Assembly (NCBI GenBank): GCA_030265395.1
Contig: JARFYF010000068.1
Span: 11,309,337-11,373,336, forward strand
Reading direction: 5' to 3'
DNA: 64,000 bases
Source of the DNA: Rhina ancylostomus
Lineage: Eukaryota
Shown here: positions 1-14,411 of the stretch, in pieces
How the letters are laid out: every line of letters starts with the position of its first letter
How positions within the stretch are numbered: position 1 is the first letter of the stretch
Translations under genes and position numbers: made by a program
The notes under the pieces: generated by a model
Seen by the model: the letters and a program-made list of their open reading frames with translations, nothing else
Told to the model about the DNA's origin: nothing
Database searches by the model: none

Positions 1-356
1 AGATGCAGATCAGATCTTGCTGTAAATAATCAAATAATAGTGAGTTCAAAATAAACGGCATTTATTCCAGAGAAACGTTCTCAACTTCATATGAAATATA
101 TCACATAGCTCTGGTCTGCTATTTCACTGACAAAAATTATTAAAGGCTAAAACCTCATTATCCATCTCAATACTTTAACCGTTATCAGAAACTAAACACA
201 ACCTAATTGATGATATCAATTTACTTAATGATTTCAGCCATCTTGCGTGATGATTCCACTCAGAAGAATATTCTAAGGTAAAAGTTACAGCCAAAGTTGA
301 AATCAGAAAATCGGCGTTGCTGTTCAGCTGTCTGGAAACTTTGCTTCTCTTCGATT

Positions 357-1941
357 AAGGAACAACCATTAATCTAGCAGACGGAAATTATATATTATTC
401 TATTCTTGTAGTAACCGGAGTTCTATAGAAACATAGAAAACTTACAGAACAATTCAGGCCCTNNNNNNNNNNNNNNNNNNNNNNNNNNNNNNNNNNNNNN
501 NNNNNNNNNNNNNNNNNNNNNNNNNNNNNNNNNNNNNNNNNNNNNNNNNNNNNNNNNNNNNNNNNNNNNNNNNNNNNNNNNNNNNNNNNNNNNNNNNNNN
601 NNNNNNNNNNNNNNNNNNNNNNNNNNNNNNNNNNNNNNNNNNNNNNNNNNNNNNNNNNNNNNNNNNNNNNNNNNNNNNNNNNNNNNNNNNNNNNNNNNNN
701 NNNNNNNNNNNNNNNNNNNNNNNNNNNNNNNNNNNNNNNNNNNNNNNNNNNNNNNNNNNNNNNNNNNNNNNNNNNNNNNNNNNNNNNNNNNNNNNNNNNN
801 NNNNNNNNNNNNNNNNNNNNNNNNNNNNNNNNNNNNNNNNNNNNNNNNNNNNNNNNNNNNNNNNNNNNNNNNNNNNNNNNNNNNNNNNNNNNNNNNNNNN
901 NNNNNNNNNNNNNNNNNNNNNNNNNNNNNNNNNNNNNNNNNNNNNNNNNNNNNNNNNNNNNNNNNNNNNNNNNNNNNNNNNNNNNNNNNNNNNNNNNNNN
1001 NNNNNNNNNNNNNNNNNNNNNNNNNNNNNNNNNNNNNNNNNNNNNNNNNNNNNNNNNNNNNNNNNNNNNNNNNNNNNNNNNNNNNNNNNNNNNNNNNNNN
1101 NNNNNNNNNNNNNNNNNNNNNNNNNNNNNNNNNNNNNNNNNNNNNNNNNNNNNNNNNNNNNNNNNNNNNNNNNNNNNNNNNNNNNNNNNNNNNNNNNNNN
1201 NNNNNNNNNNNNNNNNNNNNNNNNNNNNNNNNNNNNNNNNNNNNNNNNNNNNNNNNNNNNNNNNNNNNNNNNNNNNNNNNNNNNNNNNNNNNNNNNNNNN
1301 NNNNCAGCATGGAATCCATGTGCTGGACAACAAGGCATTAATGGAGCCAAATTGATGGCCAGAACTCAGAACCATGACAAAATCACGAAGAGTAAGGTCA
1401 TTTTGTTGAGCATGTCGGAAAACTCTCCAATCTATTTTGTTATTAAATCTTGGGAAATAATTAACAATGTGCCATGGCTTGTCAAACATCTGCGCCTCAT
1501 AGAATTGGGTCGTGCTTTTGTCTCTTGAAACTACTTTAACCCCATTTGGACCACGATCTGTATTCCTGTGGCATTAATTCCCTGACCATAAGACGTATTA
1601 TAGTTGCAAATATTCAGGAGAAAGCTCCGTGGAAATAACAGTAAGAGATACAGCATTTATCAATACACTAAAACTAGAAGGGAATTGATGTAATTGCATG
1701 ATGCATGGTAAATCTAATATTCTTCTTCTGTGTACAATTTGCAGATACTGGATTTTGTCCACAGAGTTCAGCAACTCTTTCTCAAATGCGGAACGCAGTG
1801 GCTATATGCTTTGGTGTTTGTGGACTTGCACAAACTCCTTTATTTATGCGGAATCTTAGAGAAATCTCGAGAGGAGCTAAATAATACGATCCAAAGTCCT
1901 CTTTTTTTCCTCATTTGTTGAAAAGTTGTATTTATGTTTAA
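357..1941 (+). pseudogene. GPR139/142-like GPCR pseudogene (gene 1)
   Basis: Exon-1 homologue at 357-425 has ATG changed to AAG and an in-frame TAG (AAG GAA CAA CCA TTA ATC TAG CAG ACG GAA ATT ATA TAT TAT TCT ATT CTT). A decayed exon-2 remnant (TM4 onward) at ~1380-1941 aligns by eye with the intact paralogues (ttaacaatgtgccatgg; acttgcacaaactcctttatttatgcgg). The middle is an N-gap plus a repeat. Confidence 0.85.
1305..1379 (+). mobile_element. 3' end of ~406-bp TGTCA...TGACA solo-LTR-like element (copy 1)
   Basis: cagcatggaatccatgtgctggacaacaaggcattaatggagccaaatt...agaaccatgaca is nearly identical to the ends of the copies at 6964-7402 and 47013-47302. It abuts the gene 1 exon-2 remnant. 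Confidence 0.85.
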
Positions 1942-3289
1942 GACTAAAGGAACAGTATCTAAACAAACAAAATGTACGGGATTCAGTACATGCGCAGACA
2001 TATTAATATGTAAAATATCATATCTTTTGCCGCTGTTGTCATTTCTAATATTTGTTTGGATTTTACTTTTTTTTGTTATTTTGAAATTATAATCAATAGA
2101 AAGCGATTCTTTTTCGGATCTGCTATAAATGCAATGGAACACGTGCATTTACTTTATTTTACTAATGTAAACATATCAATGGTGCAGAAAATGCTGACTG
2201 TACATGACGTGCTCCGATGTATTTGTGAAGACAGCACTACTTCCGGTTTATGATTGCTCATTGGGGCCAGATACAAAATTCGAATGCAATTGATGTGATA
2301 TGCAGAAAAGAGGGCGTGTGACAAAATTAAGGAAGATGTAATTATCTGGTCTGATAGGTACCGAGAGTTCTGGAAAATATAATTTATGCTGCTATCAATT
2401 GATAAATTGTCTGCAGTCTTGCAAGTCGCACTGAATCTCCCTGGAGGAGATCGGAAGCGAAGCAGCAGAAATGTGAAATGCTATCAAATGAGGTGGAACT
2501 GCAGCTGCAGAAAAATACTCCAATTAAAAGAATTGTGGAAACACTCAGCACGTCAGGCGATACAAATGTGAGAGGAAACAGAGCAGCTAATAGTGCTGTT
2601 TGATGACCTATCCTCGGACTTTGTCTATTCTGATGCAAGCATGACAATCTCGTTGTCGGCAATTGTGGAATTCAATGCCCTGAGGGATCAGCGCAGGAGT
2701 GTAGGTGGAATAGGCAACGAGATGTTCAGGATTTATCCTGCGCACTGAAGCACTGTTTTTTTAAAGCAGGAAAACGGTTCAGCTATTTTGCATTAGTGCA
2801 TATTTCCACTGCAGGAAAGACCACGTTTTCAACAACAATTATAGTGCAGTAAAATAGAAAAATATTTTAATTCCTGCTTATGCTTNNNNNNNNNNNNNNN
2901 NNNNNNNNNNNNNNNNNNNNNNNNNNNNNNNNNNNNNNNNNNNNNNNNNNNNNNNNNNNNNNNNNNNNNNNNNNNNNNNNNNNNNTGAAGATGAGTTCGG
3001 TCCGTTTGAATGGCGGAAATGAAATAAGTGCAGCTACAGGTGCAATACCTCGCGCGGTTGGATGGAGGAGGACCGATAAATATGAACGTTTCCAAGGGAT
3101 TAAAGAGTGAAGCATGGAACCTGAAAAGGGAGGACAGGAACAGGCTGATAGCTTCATCACTTCCTTTCAATGTGGGGCTAATGCTGTGAAGGATAAGCAA
3201 GTGAATCTAGGTTGTCTTCTGAAATGGGGGAATGCTGGTTAATGTTTAGATGAAAGAAATTGACAAGCACGTTTCTGAAACTGTCAGCA

Positions 3290-3960
3290 CTTTAGTAATC
3301 AAAGGCACCGTGATATAAAAATGAACTCATCTGGAAAGCCTTACTATGGGATATTTCGGCATCAGAACAAGTATGACGATGTTTATCAAACTGGCACAAT
3401 GGCATGAATAAGTTATGGGAACGTGGGAAGAGATGCAGTGAAGATAATAATTGGAAATTTGGCTTATAACCTATTATATGAGATGGAAACAGTGAAGCTG
3501 AAGGAAAACCAAGAGTTGGAAAGTGCACGCGTGAAAGCAATACGGGACTGGAGCTGTAGAAATGTAAGATTCACTGTGAGTACAGGAAGTAACATAAATA
3601 CATTCACTAAAGCATCAGATAAAGTTGTGATAAGTTTGATCATACACTGAGTCAGACAGATGTACAGGACAGACTCTCTACCTTTGGTCCACAACGCCCA
3701 TGCCGACCTTGTTATCCATTTACACTCTTCATAATTTGGCAGTATTAGTACAGCATCCCTCTTTACCTTGCTTACCCAAATGCCTGTTTAACTTTATATT
3801 AAACATTGTTACTGTATCGTATTCCACCACCTCTATTGTTAACAAGTTTCAGATATGGAACACTCTTGGTATTATCTAAAAATGGCAAACTCCTGTTTAA
3901 AACTTCCTTCCTCTCAACATCAACCAAGTCATCGTGTTTTTGATACCCATAGAATGCAAC
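3290..3960. mobile_element. Decayed CR1-like LINE fragments
   Basis: Degenerate text resembling CR1 3' regions, homologous to 21040-21700. No intact ORF. Confidence 0.4.
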
Positions 3961-4037
3961 ACAATTCTAACTATCTGCACCATCATGATTTTATATACAC
4001 ACACATGACTATCTGCTCTCATGACTTTATACACAAA

Positions 4038-4064
4038 CACACACACACACATACGCGCGCGCGC

Positions 4065-4103
<39 letters not shown>

Positions 4104-4117
4104 TGTGTGTGTGTGTG
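4038..4117. repeat. Compound microsatellite (AC)n-(CG)n-(GT)n
   Basis: Read directly: acacacacacacacatacgcgcgcgcgcgcgtgtgtgtgt..., followed by an N-gap. Confidence 0.95.
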
Positions 4118-6963
4118 NNNNNNNNNNNNNNNNNNNNNNNNNNNNNNNNNNNNNNNNNNNNNNNNNNNNNCCTCTCGCTCCAGGCAAGCAAAAACGTCCT
4201 GCAGTGTTATGAACAGAACTTCACATCAAAATATTATATTCTATCCACGACCTATGAAGTCAATCATGCCGTATGCATTCCTCGCCACCTGATTTAATTG
4301 TGTTGCCGCTTTCAGGGATGTCAAGTGGTTTATGAAGTTGCAGCCCAAGAATTCCGGTACATCCACTTTGTTGAGCACCCAACCATTTATTCTGTATGTC
4401 CCCCGGCGTCTTCTACTCTCAAAATACGAGTTGAACTTGCCATCTATTCGATATCCTGTCAAGCATCGTCGCAATCTCCACATCACCAATTTTCCTCTCA
4501 CCGACAAGCTCACAGAGCATACTTCCTGCATTCCCTTCCAATTCCTCATTGATAACACAACAACAAGGATTACATAACCGATAATTGCAACAGAAAAATG
4601 GTCATAGATTTCCAACAAAAAAAAACAAATTTACACGCCACCACTTGCCCCCTATCACCAAAACGAAACAGATCGCCTTGTGAATGAGTTTTCTGGAGCA
4701 GGATACGTATCCTGGGCAAATGCATTATTGAAGGCCATATGGATAACGTCAAATGTTCTGCCTTCATAAATTATTTTGGAACGTTCTAGCAGTCAAGCAA
4801 ATTTGTGATCGAGCTTTCCTTGCAGAAGTCACTGCTGATTATCTGCGATCAGCCTCTAAACTTCCAAATGTAAATAAAACCTGTCTTCTCGATTTTTTTC
4901 AATAATTTGCTACCCCAGGCATAAGGATCAGGGTTTTTTTTGTTATCTTATATACCTGCTGCCCTTATTAACTGCATGGACATTATCCAGTATCTTCACC
5001 TCATCTGTGACGAATGAAGGTTGCTGTCAGATCACAAGCTTTCTCCGTCCTTGGTCACAACGAATGTAGTTCCATTTCTCATTCAGCCATATAGCACTTT
5101 TGGATTATCCACCCTTCTATTTTTCATGACGTGCAACTCCTCCGGTAAGAAGTAAGGCTTGGTCTTTCTGACGAAGACGAAAGAAGTTCGAGTTAATTAC
5201 AGTTAGTTGTATCTGAACTTATGTCTAGCTATTTTAGTTGGGGACCGAGAAATCGCCTCATGTTGGATGTCATCGTTTATGCTCTCCCTGAAAGGGAAAT
5301 CGGCACAGAATTGGGGACAATTGTGTAAGAGTTTTAACAGAAATAGGGATTTTAATTCTCAAAAGGCTCTCCTGCGGGCAATCCAGGGAACGCAGATCTG
5401 ACCTCCTTCGAAAATAATGATTTTTTTCGGGAGTGTGATGGATACATTCAAACCGATAAAGAATTTTGAATGCTCCAAAGAAAGCAAATAATGAGTTTAG
5501 GAAATAAAAGAAAAACACTGAGAATCTGAAATTATCAGATCCTATCGGTGGGAAGAGAATCACAATTAACCGTTCATCTAAACAAATATTTCCCAGGACA
5601 GGAAAACTGTGTATTTTTCCATGGAATAGTTGAGAATGGAAAGAACAAAGTCAATGGCTGTGATCGATGGAGACCAAGCTACTGATGGAATTTCAGCTGG
5701 AATTCAAACAAAGGTGCACGAGCATATATTCACAGTGGAAAGAGACGAATCAGCGGCGGCCACTTCTCTTTAGTATCTAATATAATAATGCTTTAATAAT
5801 TATTTATGCTCAATGCCAAATGTCATAATTCCAAAATACACTGTTGGGATGCCAACAACGATCAGGTCATGCTTCCATACAAACCAAAAGCCCTAATGCA
5901 TGTATGCAAAATAGATTCTGTTCTTGTTCCGTATTAAAATTATAAATGCAAATAAAACATACTTAAAAAGTTGAAATAATGGATTTATTATCGAAACGAG
6001 TAATTCATGAAAAAGAAACAATTCACAGAGATATATCACGTAAATATTTCGGATACTCCGACCTAGTTTCACTTTCGCTCTTATAACTTTATATTGGTTA
6101 TCTTCCCATTACTCTGTCAGTCATGATGCAGGGTCTCATCCCGAAACGTTTTGCCTCCACAGAGGCTACCTGACCAGCTGAATTCATACTGCAGTTTCTT
6201 TAAGGCTGCATTCCAGCATCGCTCGGCTCCAGTATCCCTGTTTTCTATGAACTTCGATGCGATATATTCGTCAAGTAAACAAACAATTCGGTGTTATTTC
6301 CCCGATCTCTCTCCTTTAGTGTGAACAGATTACTATTGGCAATAATACAGTATGTAAACATAGAATTTTGGGGGTAGGGCTATGAAATCCCACGTTGCCA
6401 GTTACGTCAGTCTGTCCTTCATAAATCAAGTTAAAACTTGTCAATATGTAGAGGAAACATAATCACTGGCGGGATAAGGCCAGCATTGTCCAAGTACACA
6501 ACCGCCTTCATGGAAATGGATATGGGGGTGGACATTATTTATTGTGTGTGCAGCCTATAATCAGCGAATGTTATCAGACAAATTATTTTTTTGTTAATAT
6601 GACATATAGGAGGCAGTGGCACAGGCAGCCTTGTGATCTTATAAACATATCCAGCGAAGAATGCCTGACAAACGCATTTCTCTGCAAGTAATGTTTCCCA
6701 AAAATTGGTCAAGAAGCTTTTGTGTTGTGCCACAAGCTGTCTGCCACAATACGAAATTCATCCTGATTGACGATTTTCCATTAATTATCATATTTCAGCA
6801 TAGATTTGAAATTTATCTGACAACCGTAGCCACGGAAAAAAAAAAGAACAACCAGTTCTGGAACATATATGATCAATCCCCTTCTTTTCTGCCCGCTTTT
6901 CTGATAAATTCCAGAACCATGCTTCTATACTTAGCATCAAAACATCGGCAATATTGGTAATGG

Positions 6964-7402
6964 TGTCACAATATTGATCCGGAGCAAACTCACAGAGAAC
7001 CCAAACACGGTACACTGATACAAGACTGGAGTCAAGATACTTCCTCAGGACAAATGCAGGCAGTAACTGGAAGGAATCTTGCCTTGGAGATCANNNNNNN
7101 NNNNNNNNNNNNNNNNNNNNNNNNNNNNNNNNNNNNNNNNNNNNNNNNNNNNNNNNNNNNNNNNNNNNNNNNNNNNNNNNNNNNNNNNNNNNNAATCTAC
7201 TCTAAGCAACTAGAACCAAAGTATACCTAAAGGTAGACCAATACTCTGGCAACTAGTGCCAGAGAAACACTGGTTGTTATGCTAGGCCCCTGAAAGGGCT
7301 CAGGTGTGCACAGTTGTCTAATCAGTCCAGCAAGGACTCCATGTGCTGGACAACAAGGCATTAATGGAGCCAAATTGAGGACCAGAACTCAGAACCATGA
7401 GA
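6964..7402 (+). mobile_element. Solo-LTR-like element (copy 2), 5-bp TSD AATGG
   Basis: Starts TGTCACAAT at 6964 and ends ...AACCATGAGA at 7402. AATGG lies on both sides (6959-6963, 7403-7407). The paralogous empty site is at ~22345-22360. Contains an internal N-gap. Confidence 0.9.
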
Positions 7403-8995
7403 AATGGACAAAAATGAAAGAACATATGTTGATTATTCAGTAGGTTTGTACAGCCTCTTCTTCCATTTTCTTATAATTGCCAATAAAACGCTACCCAGCA
7501 ATACTGTGTGAGGCCCAAACAGTGGAACTATAAAGCATTTACTGGTCGTTAACTAACTTAATTTAGGTTTGAAATTGTTTGAACTGTCAGTCTTTCTGAA
7601 TTCATAATTGCAAGATTACGAATATGTAGTCAATCCCTCTCCTACCAATCGATTTAAACAACCTCCACATTCTGCAATGATGAAGCGCATTGAACACGTT
7701 CAATTCCTTATGACTTTGAAGAAAATGTCTTTATGGTCGCATTGTGACAATGCTTTTCTCCCGCGTGATCACATAATTAGGATGCAGTCAGTGCCTTGGG
7801 GCTGGGAAGAAGGTTTGTATTCTATCCAGTTATGAGTTATAGAACTGAACATCGATGTTGCTTCAGTAAATCAATGACCTCCCCACTTGGTCAGTGACTC
7901 TGGCTTTCTTCTCGAAAAAAAAGCATAAAGCTAGAAGAAATAAAGGGGTCAATCAGCAACAATGGGGACACTATTTTTGAGTGCACATTTCTGGTGCAGA
8001 ACCGTAACAGCTATGAGAGGGAGTTTGCCAGTGCATCGCAGCATTTGGGGGTTGGTGAGATACAGTGGCGAGAGGGTGGCTGGAGGAATCAGCTCATGGA
8101 ATGGATGATTGGTAGATAGAAACGTATTGGTAAATTGTGGGACGGAGACTGATGTCTTATGGGTGTAACGAAATTGTGAGGGGATGAAGTTTAGAAAGAC
8201 CCCGTTAGGAAGAAAATGGAGAGATTAAAAAAAGAGAACTTTTTTTTGTGGACAGACAAGTGCGTGGGAGCATTGCAGCGGGAAAATGAAAAAAAGTGTT
8301 TTCAACATTGAGTTGTAAGCTACACGATCAGAATGTGCAATGTTGCTCTTCTTATCTGAATTTGGCCTCTCCGTGTGGGAAACGGAAGTACAGTTGAAAC
8401 AATTTTCAATCTGCATCTGGATATAGCTATTGGGGATAAAGTGCATGTCTCCTACGAAACAGTCGTCAAGTCTGCCCTTCAATTCACCAAAGTAGTTGAG
8501 GTTATATCTCGAGCACCGAATGCACTACACTATTTTGGTAGGTCAACGTATATTGTTAAATTGCTTGTCATAATGCACTATTTGTCCTCTTCATCTTAAA
8601 CGCAATTCGTTCTGCGACGTATTTGGCATGCCATTGACATATTTGCAACTGAGTGCGATTAAAAAAGGTCACAACCTTCAGAATTTTTTTTCTTTGATTT
8701 GGTTTGTGCGATATTTCTATAAAATTGTCAAACCGCATCAAATTCTACGGATGTGTGTTCGTATTTTTAGTTATTCGGCATGTAGTTGCTGATTATAATA
8801 TTAAATTGATACACGACAGTAATGAAAGAAGCTGCAGATCAGATCTTGGTGAGAATAACCATGAAATCAAATCGGTGTCTTAATAGAAAAGGCATTTGCT
8901 CTAGTGGAATCACGCTTAAAGTCTTATTGTTCCTGCCTGGTGTTTCATTTGTTGAATAATATAAATGCTGAAACCTCTGTACATAATTTACCAAA

Positions 8996-9164
8996 TTAAC
9001 CGTGATCAGAGACACATAGGCTTATTAATGTGATCAATAATTCGAACAATCTTGCTTGCTGGTTCCACCCTGGAAATTTCTCTGATGTATAATAATAGCT
9101 AAATTTGAAACCAGCTGATCCGTATGCCTTTTGAACTGTCTAGAAACGTTGCATTCTTACGATT
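8996..9164 (+). promoter_or_regulatory. Putative core promoter of gene 2
   Basis: TTAACCGTGATCA motif (8996), TTATTAATG, CCACCCTGGAAA, and TATAATAA at 9088, 77 bp before the ATG. Same order and spacing as in the paralogues. Confidence 0.55.
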
Positions 9165-12100
9165 ATGGAAAATACTGATATCCTGCAGATTGAAAGTACT
9201 TACTATCTTATACTTGTCATAATCGGAGTTCCAGGTGAATCACACATCGAATGGCATTGCCCGCATGCATTTATGTGTTTCACTTGTTGACATTAATATA
9301 CCTCAGGTAAATAACTGAAAACGATTTTTCTCTCATGTTACTAATGCAAAAACGTTACCGAAATGGAAAAAAAGAATTAAACTGATGGTCTATCGTCAGT
9401 ATTGTTCCTAAACTGTGATGTTATGAGGTATCTATTGCGCTTTAGATTGAGCAATTCCCCCAGCGATATTTGCAGACTTCATTGGGCCAAAAGTATATTG
9501 TTATTTTATTCCATCGAGCAGAAATTGAAGTCCTCATTCCGCTCCTCCGAAATGAGAATCAAAGAGATAATGCCGAGTTTCATGCATTTTCTGTTTTGAT
9601 TCTATGCACCACTTTCTTCCCGTATTCGGCACACACACACAAAGAAACAGTTGCTACCCTGCAACTACTGTTCCTCAGTGCCAAAGACGATGGACAATTT
9701 CCGATATAAAATCCATTGATTAAACGGAACAAAAAAAAATCTGCAACAACATTTTTATGGATTCTCCCGATTTCACTCTGGATCTCTTGAGGAAAAGAAG
9801 CCGAATGTGCAGGCGAATCGGTGCAAAAGATATGGATGCTGAACTTTCCTTTTTACTGATAAGTTATCAGCAGATAGTACATGCATTGACAACATGATGC
9901 AATGAGTGGGATATTTTAATGACGATTAAGTTAAAATTCGGGCAATGGAACTGCAAACTCATCTGTAGATACTGACTGGAACCTACAGTTTGATGAACTG
10001 CGATTTATTGTTCATAATTGCTAATTTTATTCCAATTGGTTGAAAGAATGTTTCTCACCATTATTCGCTTTTAAAAAAAATGAGCATAAGCGTTTATTGC
10101 AAAACGAAAAACACGAAAAATATCGTACCGGAATATGGGAATCAACGGGACTTCAAAATCTCCAGAGCAGTGACATTTCCGGGAGATTTAATTTTATTTT
10201 TTATCGACATTTGGAAGAAAGACAATACCTGTTTCCTCGAAGAGCAGTAATTAAAATGTTGAAGATCCATTCCGAAACGAGTGACCGGGAAGCAGGGCAG
10301 AGGCGGAGTGAATGGCATTACTGAGATTCAGCTGTCTGACTTGAACCATTTCATGACATGTCTTCCAAGAAACTTGCAAGACTTCAGGAAATTCTAAGAT
10401 ACCAATCAGGATCACACCGAACCGAACCGTTGTCCATTTACCCAATATCGCCCAAATTTAGTATTAACGCGGTTTCTGATCTTATTAAGCGATGTCGCAA
10501 CATATTTCTGTTCAATCCACCACATTTATGACACCCATAACTCGAGAAATTTAATCCTGACACTATACGTTTACATATGCATGTCTGTTTGCGATTGTTG
10601 TAGATTATCAGGCAGAATTAAAAGCTGGTATTACAGTAAGTGTTTTCAAAAGGCCACCTGATTTTCCAATGGCAGAAATGCAAAGTCTTATCCCCTGTCT
10701 CCTGTTTCCTTTCTATGCGCTGGCTTCCCTTTTCACGATGGCCGATGAAGCCAGGTTTGTAAGACATTGTGAACGGCAAGTCTTCAAACAGGAGAATGAG
10801 AAAGCGTCCGTTATTACAGAGAATGGGGAAAAACACGAATCGCGGGATGTTTCGAGTAGGTTCGGGCCATTACACCATTGAAATTGTATGCCTGTTAACC
10901 CAAATCTTGCTGTCTGCTTGATCGAAGCAAAGGACAACATTCTGTTATTGACTGTATTCCAAGATCTTCAATATNNNNNNNNNNNNNNNNNNNNNNNNNN
11001 NNNNNNNNNNNNNNNNNNNNNNNNNNNNNNNNNNNNNNNNNNNNNNNNNNNNNNNNNNNNNNNNNNNNNNNNNNTCAATATTTTCCGCCCTTGTGTGTTG
11101 AAAGCTGAACTATAAGAGGAGATGGAGGTCCTGGATCAGATACTTTTAGTCTACCTTTCTGCTTATTGTTAAAATAACGTGCCGAAGAGAAAGTACGAGC
11201 ACAGTGTGCACCCGGCTCTCAGTTTGCCGGGATTATAGATATTGAACAGCAAACAGGTAAACTTCAAGGAGGACTGCAGAGTCTGTTGAGGAGAGTTAAT
11301 ATAATCAATGGTTTGTACTTCCCTTGTCAGTATATTTTATTTTAATTATTTGTCAGTAACTTACTTTTAATGAAAGAAATATCTTTGTGTAATGGTGAGA
11401 ATGTTTCATTTGCGTATATTGTCTCTAGCGATCAGAGATATTTAAAAGAAAACGGTGTTAAAAGTCGAAAACCATTGAAATGTCAAATCTTTTCGTGCTT
11501 TCCAGCAGGCTGCGAGTCAGAAGACACTGTGATCTAATCATCGTCGAGTATGTTAACGGGACTAGGAAACTCAGCTTGAATGGACGATCGTATCGCAGTT
11601 GAAGTGTAGAAATGGTGTATTTGACCTGTGATTCTGGTCACAATGCCCCTTTATAACAAACATTCACATTATTGAAGCTGAACAATACTTAGCAACTGCA
11701 GTGATGAAAATAAAATTAGCCGATATCAACTTCACAGATGGATATTTTTCCATTCACAAATTAAACAGCCTTTTCTAAAGCATTCACTAAGGGCAGACAA
11801 TTGGAATAATTTAGGAATGCTTTCGAAATCATTGTTTACTAATTCTAAGGTGCAGTAAAGGGAGCAACTATTTCTCGCGTTATTTCTCATTTTTAATTCA
11901 ATTCCTTTTCATAATTTGCAGCTAATTTAGAGGCAATCATCATCCTGTCCTCTGGAAGGTGTGGTGTCTCCAGATGGATCATCAAATATCTTATATCAAT
12001 GGCAGAAGGAGATCTTATAGTGTTGGTTTCAAACATAATGCTCCATGAGTTTAAAGAGGCGTTTTTTCAGCATTCATTCCTCAATTATACACCTGTTTTC

Positions 12101-12596
12101 AGTTTTCTTATTGTAATGATGTATGTTTCCCTTGACATCTCTGTCTGGCTAACTGTCGCTTTTACATTTGTCGATGTGTCGCTATTTCTTGTCAGTCATT
12201 ACGGACAAAGTATTGTACCACCAGAATGGCATCGAAAGTAATAGCATTTGTGTGTTTGTTATGCATCTTCGAAAATATTCCGGTCTATTTTGTATTTGAA
12301 CCTTGGGGAGTAATTAACAATGTTCTATGGTCCTGCGTTGTAAAGGCAATCTCCCAAACTGCACCATTTTGTTCTGTGTTCTTGTGGATGGACACCATCT
12401 TAACCCCGTTTGCTACATTTTTGCTCATCCTACTGCTCAATTCCTTGACTATAAATCGTTTTATACTGGCCAACATCGTCAGGACCAAGCTCCGAGGAAG
12501 TAACAGTGAGAGTTGCCAGACTGATCAAGAGACGGATCACAGAAGGAAATCGATCATTTTACTGGTACAATATCTAGTAAATTTATTGCCTTTTGG
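9165..12596 (+). pseudogene. GPR139/142-like GPCR pseudogene (gene 2); exon 1 9165-9234, exon 2 from 11922
   Basis: Exon 1 reads MENTDILQIESTYYLILVIIGVP|gtgaat. Acceptor tttgcag at 11921, then ANLEAIIILSSGRCGVSRWIIKYLISMAEGDL...VWLTVAFTF. There is a 1-nt frameshift at the DRF motif (tttgtcgat vs tttgatcgat, ~12171). The sequence continues in ORF 12226-12651 to RRKSIILLV and is interrupted by an LTR-like insertion at 12597. Confidence 0.92.
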
Positions 12597-12691
12597 TGTC
12601 ACAATGTTGATCCGGAGCAAACTCACAGAGAACCCAAATGCGGCACACTGATACAAGACTGGAGACAGGATACTTCCTCAGGACAAACACA
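12597..12691 (+). mobile_element. Solo-LTR-like element (copy 3, 5' part) inserted in gene 2 TM6
   Basis: TGTCACAATGTTGATCCGGAGCAAACTCACAGAGAACCCAAATGCGGCACACTGATACAAGACTGG matches the other copies. The rest lies in an N-gap. Confidence 0.9.
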
Positions 12692-14411
12692 NNNNNNNNN
12701 NNNNNNNNNNNNNNNNNNNNNNNNNNNNNNNNNNNNNNNNNNNNNNNNNNNNNNNNNNNNNNNNNNNNNNNNNNNNNNNNNNNNNNNNNNNNNNNNNNNN
12801 NNNNNNNNNNNNNNNNNNNNNNNNNNNNNNNNNNNNNNNNNNNNNNNNNNNNNNNNNNNNNNNNNNNNNNNNNNNNNNNNNNNNNNNNNNNNNNNNNNNN
12901 NNNNNNNNNNNNNNNNNNNNNNNNNNNNNNNNNNNNNNNNNNNNNNNNNNNNNNNNNNNNNNNNNNNNNNNNNNNNNNNNNNNNNNNNNNNNNNNNNNNN
13001 NNNNNNNNNNNNNNNNNNNNNNNNNNNNNNNNNNNNNNNNNNNNNNNNAGGTAACTACAGTCTCAGAAATTGCTGGACGCACGGTATCGAACACATTTGC
13101 TACATCAACGACGGTCAGGTACATTATTGTTCACTGGGGCCAGAAAAAAAACAATGTCAAATCAACATGATGTGGTTTACCAAAACGGTAGAGTATAAAT
13201 TGACTAAAAATGTAATAATATGCTCTGAATGACATCAAGAGTGAAGGAAGATACATATTATGCTATCGGGTTTGCAAATTTTTTAATCGCATTTGATCCT
13301 TCTGAAGAGGGTAGAAAACGAAGGTGCAGGAAATGCAGTGTGAGCAGATCAAGTGGAAATGCAACTGCAGAGAAAGAAACACACAGAATGAAACAGTCGG
13401 CAATCTAAGTGACATCTGTGTTGAAAGAAAACAGACCTCATGGTGCAGGTTGATGAACTATGAACGGGCTTCGTCGGTTCTGCTACAAATAGAACAAACA
13501 CGTTTTCGAACATAGTCGAATTCAATGCCCTGAGGGATGTTCGTAAACTGCCTGATGTCTAAATGCCGGGAGTTCGGAGCGGAAGGCAACATGGGACAGT
13601 GGGATAGGTAACGGAATGCTCAGTATTTCTCCTAAGACTGGACATCTATTTTCTGGGGGGGCGGGGAAACAGTGAAACAGGCAAGCTATTCTTTATATTT
13701 CCATTGTCGAGAAGATAACATATACATCAATGAGTGTAGCGCAGTAAATTGCAGGTATGCATTCATTCCTGCTTAGTCCAGGTGATAATTTGAACCCGCC
13801 TGGATGGTGGTAAGCCCTCTCGTGGAATGAGATGCAATGCATTGCAGATGCAATGTCCCGCATGATNNNNNNNNNNNNNNNNNNNNNNNNNNNNNNNNNN
13901 NNNNNNNNNNNNNNNNNNNNNNNNNNNNNNNNNNNNNNNNNNNNNNNNNNNNNNNNNNNNNNNNNNNNNNNNNNNNNNNNNNNNNNNNNNNNNNNNNNNN
14001 NNNNNNNNNNNNNNNNNNNNNNNNNNNNNNNNNNNNNNNNNNNNNNNNNNNNNNNNNNNNNNNNNNNNNNNNNNNNNNNNNNNNNNNNNNNNNNNNNNNN
14101 NNNNNNNNNNNNNNNNNNNNNNNNNNNNNNNNNNNNNNNNNNNNNNNNNNNNNNNNNNNNNNNNNNNNNNNNNNNNNNNNNNNNNNNNNNNNNNNNNNNN
14201 NNNNNNNNNNNNNNNNNNNNNNNNNNNNNNNNNNNNNNNNNNNNNNNNNNNNNNNNNNNNNNNNNNNNNNNNNNNNNNNNNNNNNNNNNNNNNNNNNNNN
14301 NNNNNNNNNNNNNNNNNNNNNNNNNNNNNNNNNNNNNNNNNNNNNNNNNNNNNNNNNNNNNNNNNNNNNNNNNNNNNNNNNNNNNNNNNNNNNNNNNNNN
14401 NNNNNNNNNNN

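Noticed and set aside
395-1489. Long ORFs of 130-360 aa here, at 12638-13124 and at 13763-14656
   Set aside because: They are poly-X artefacts of N-gaps.
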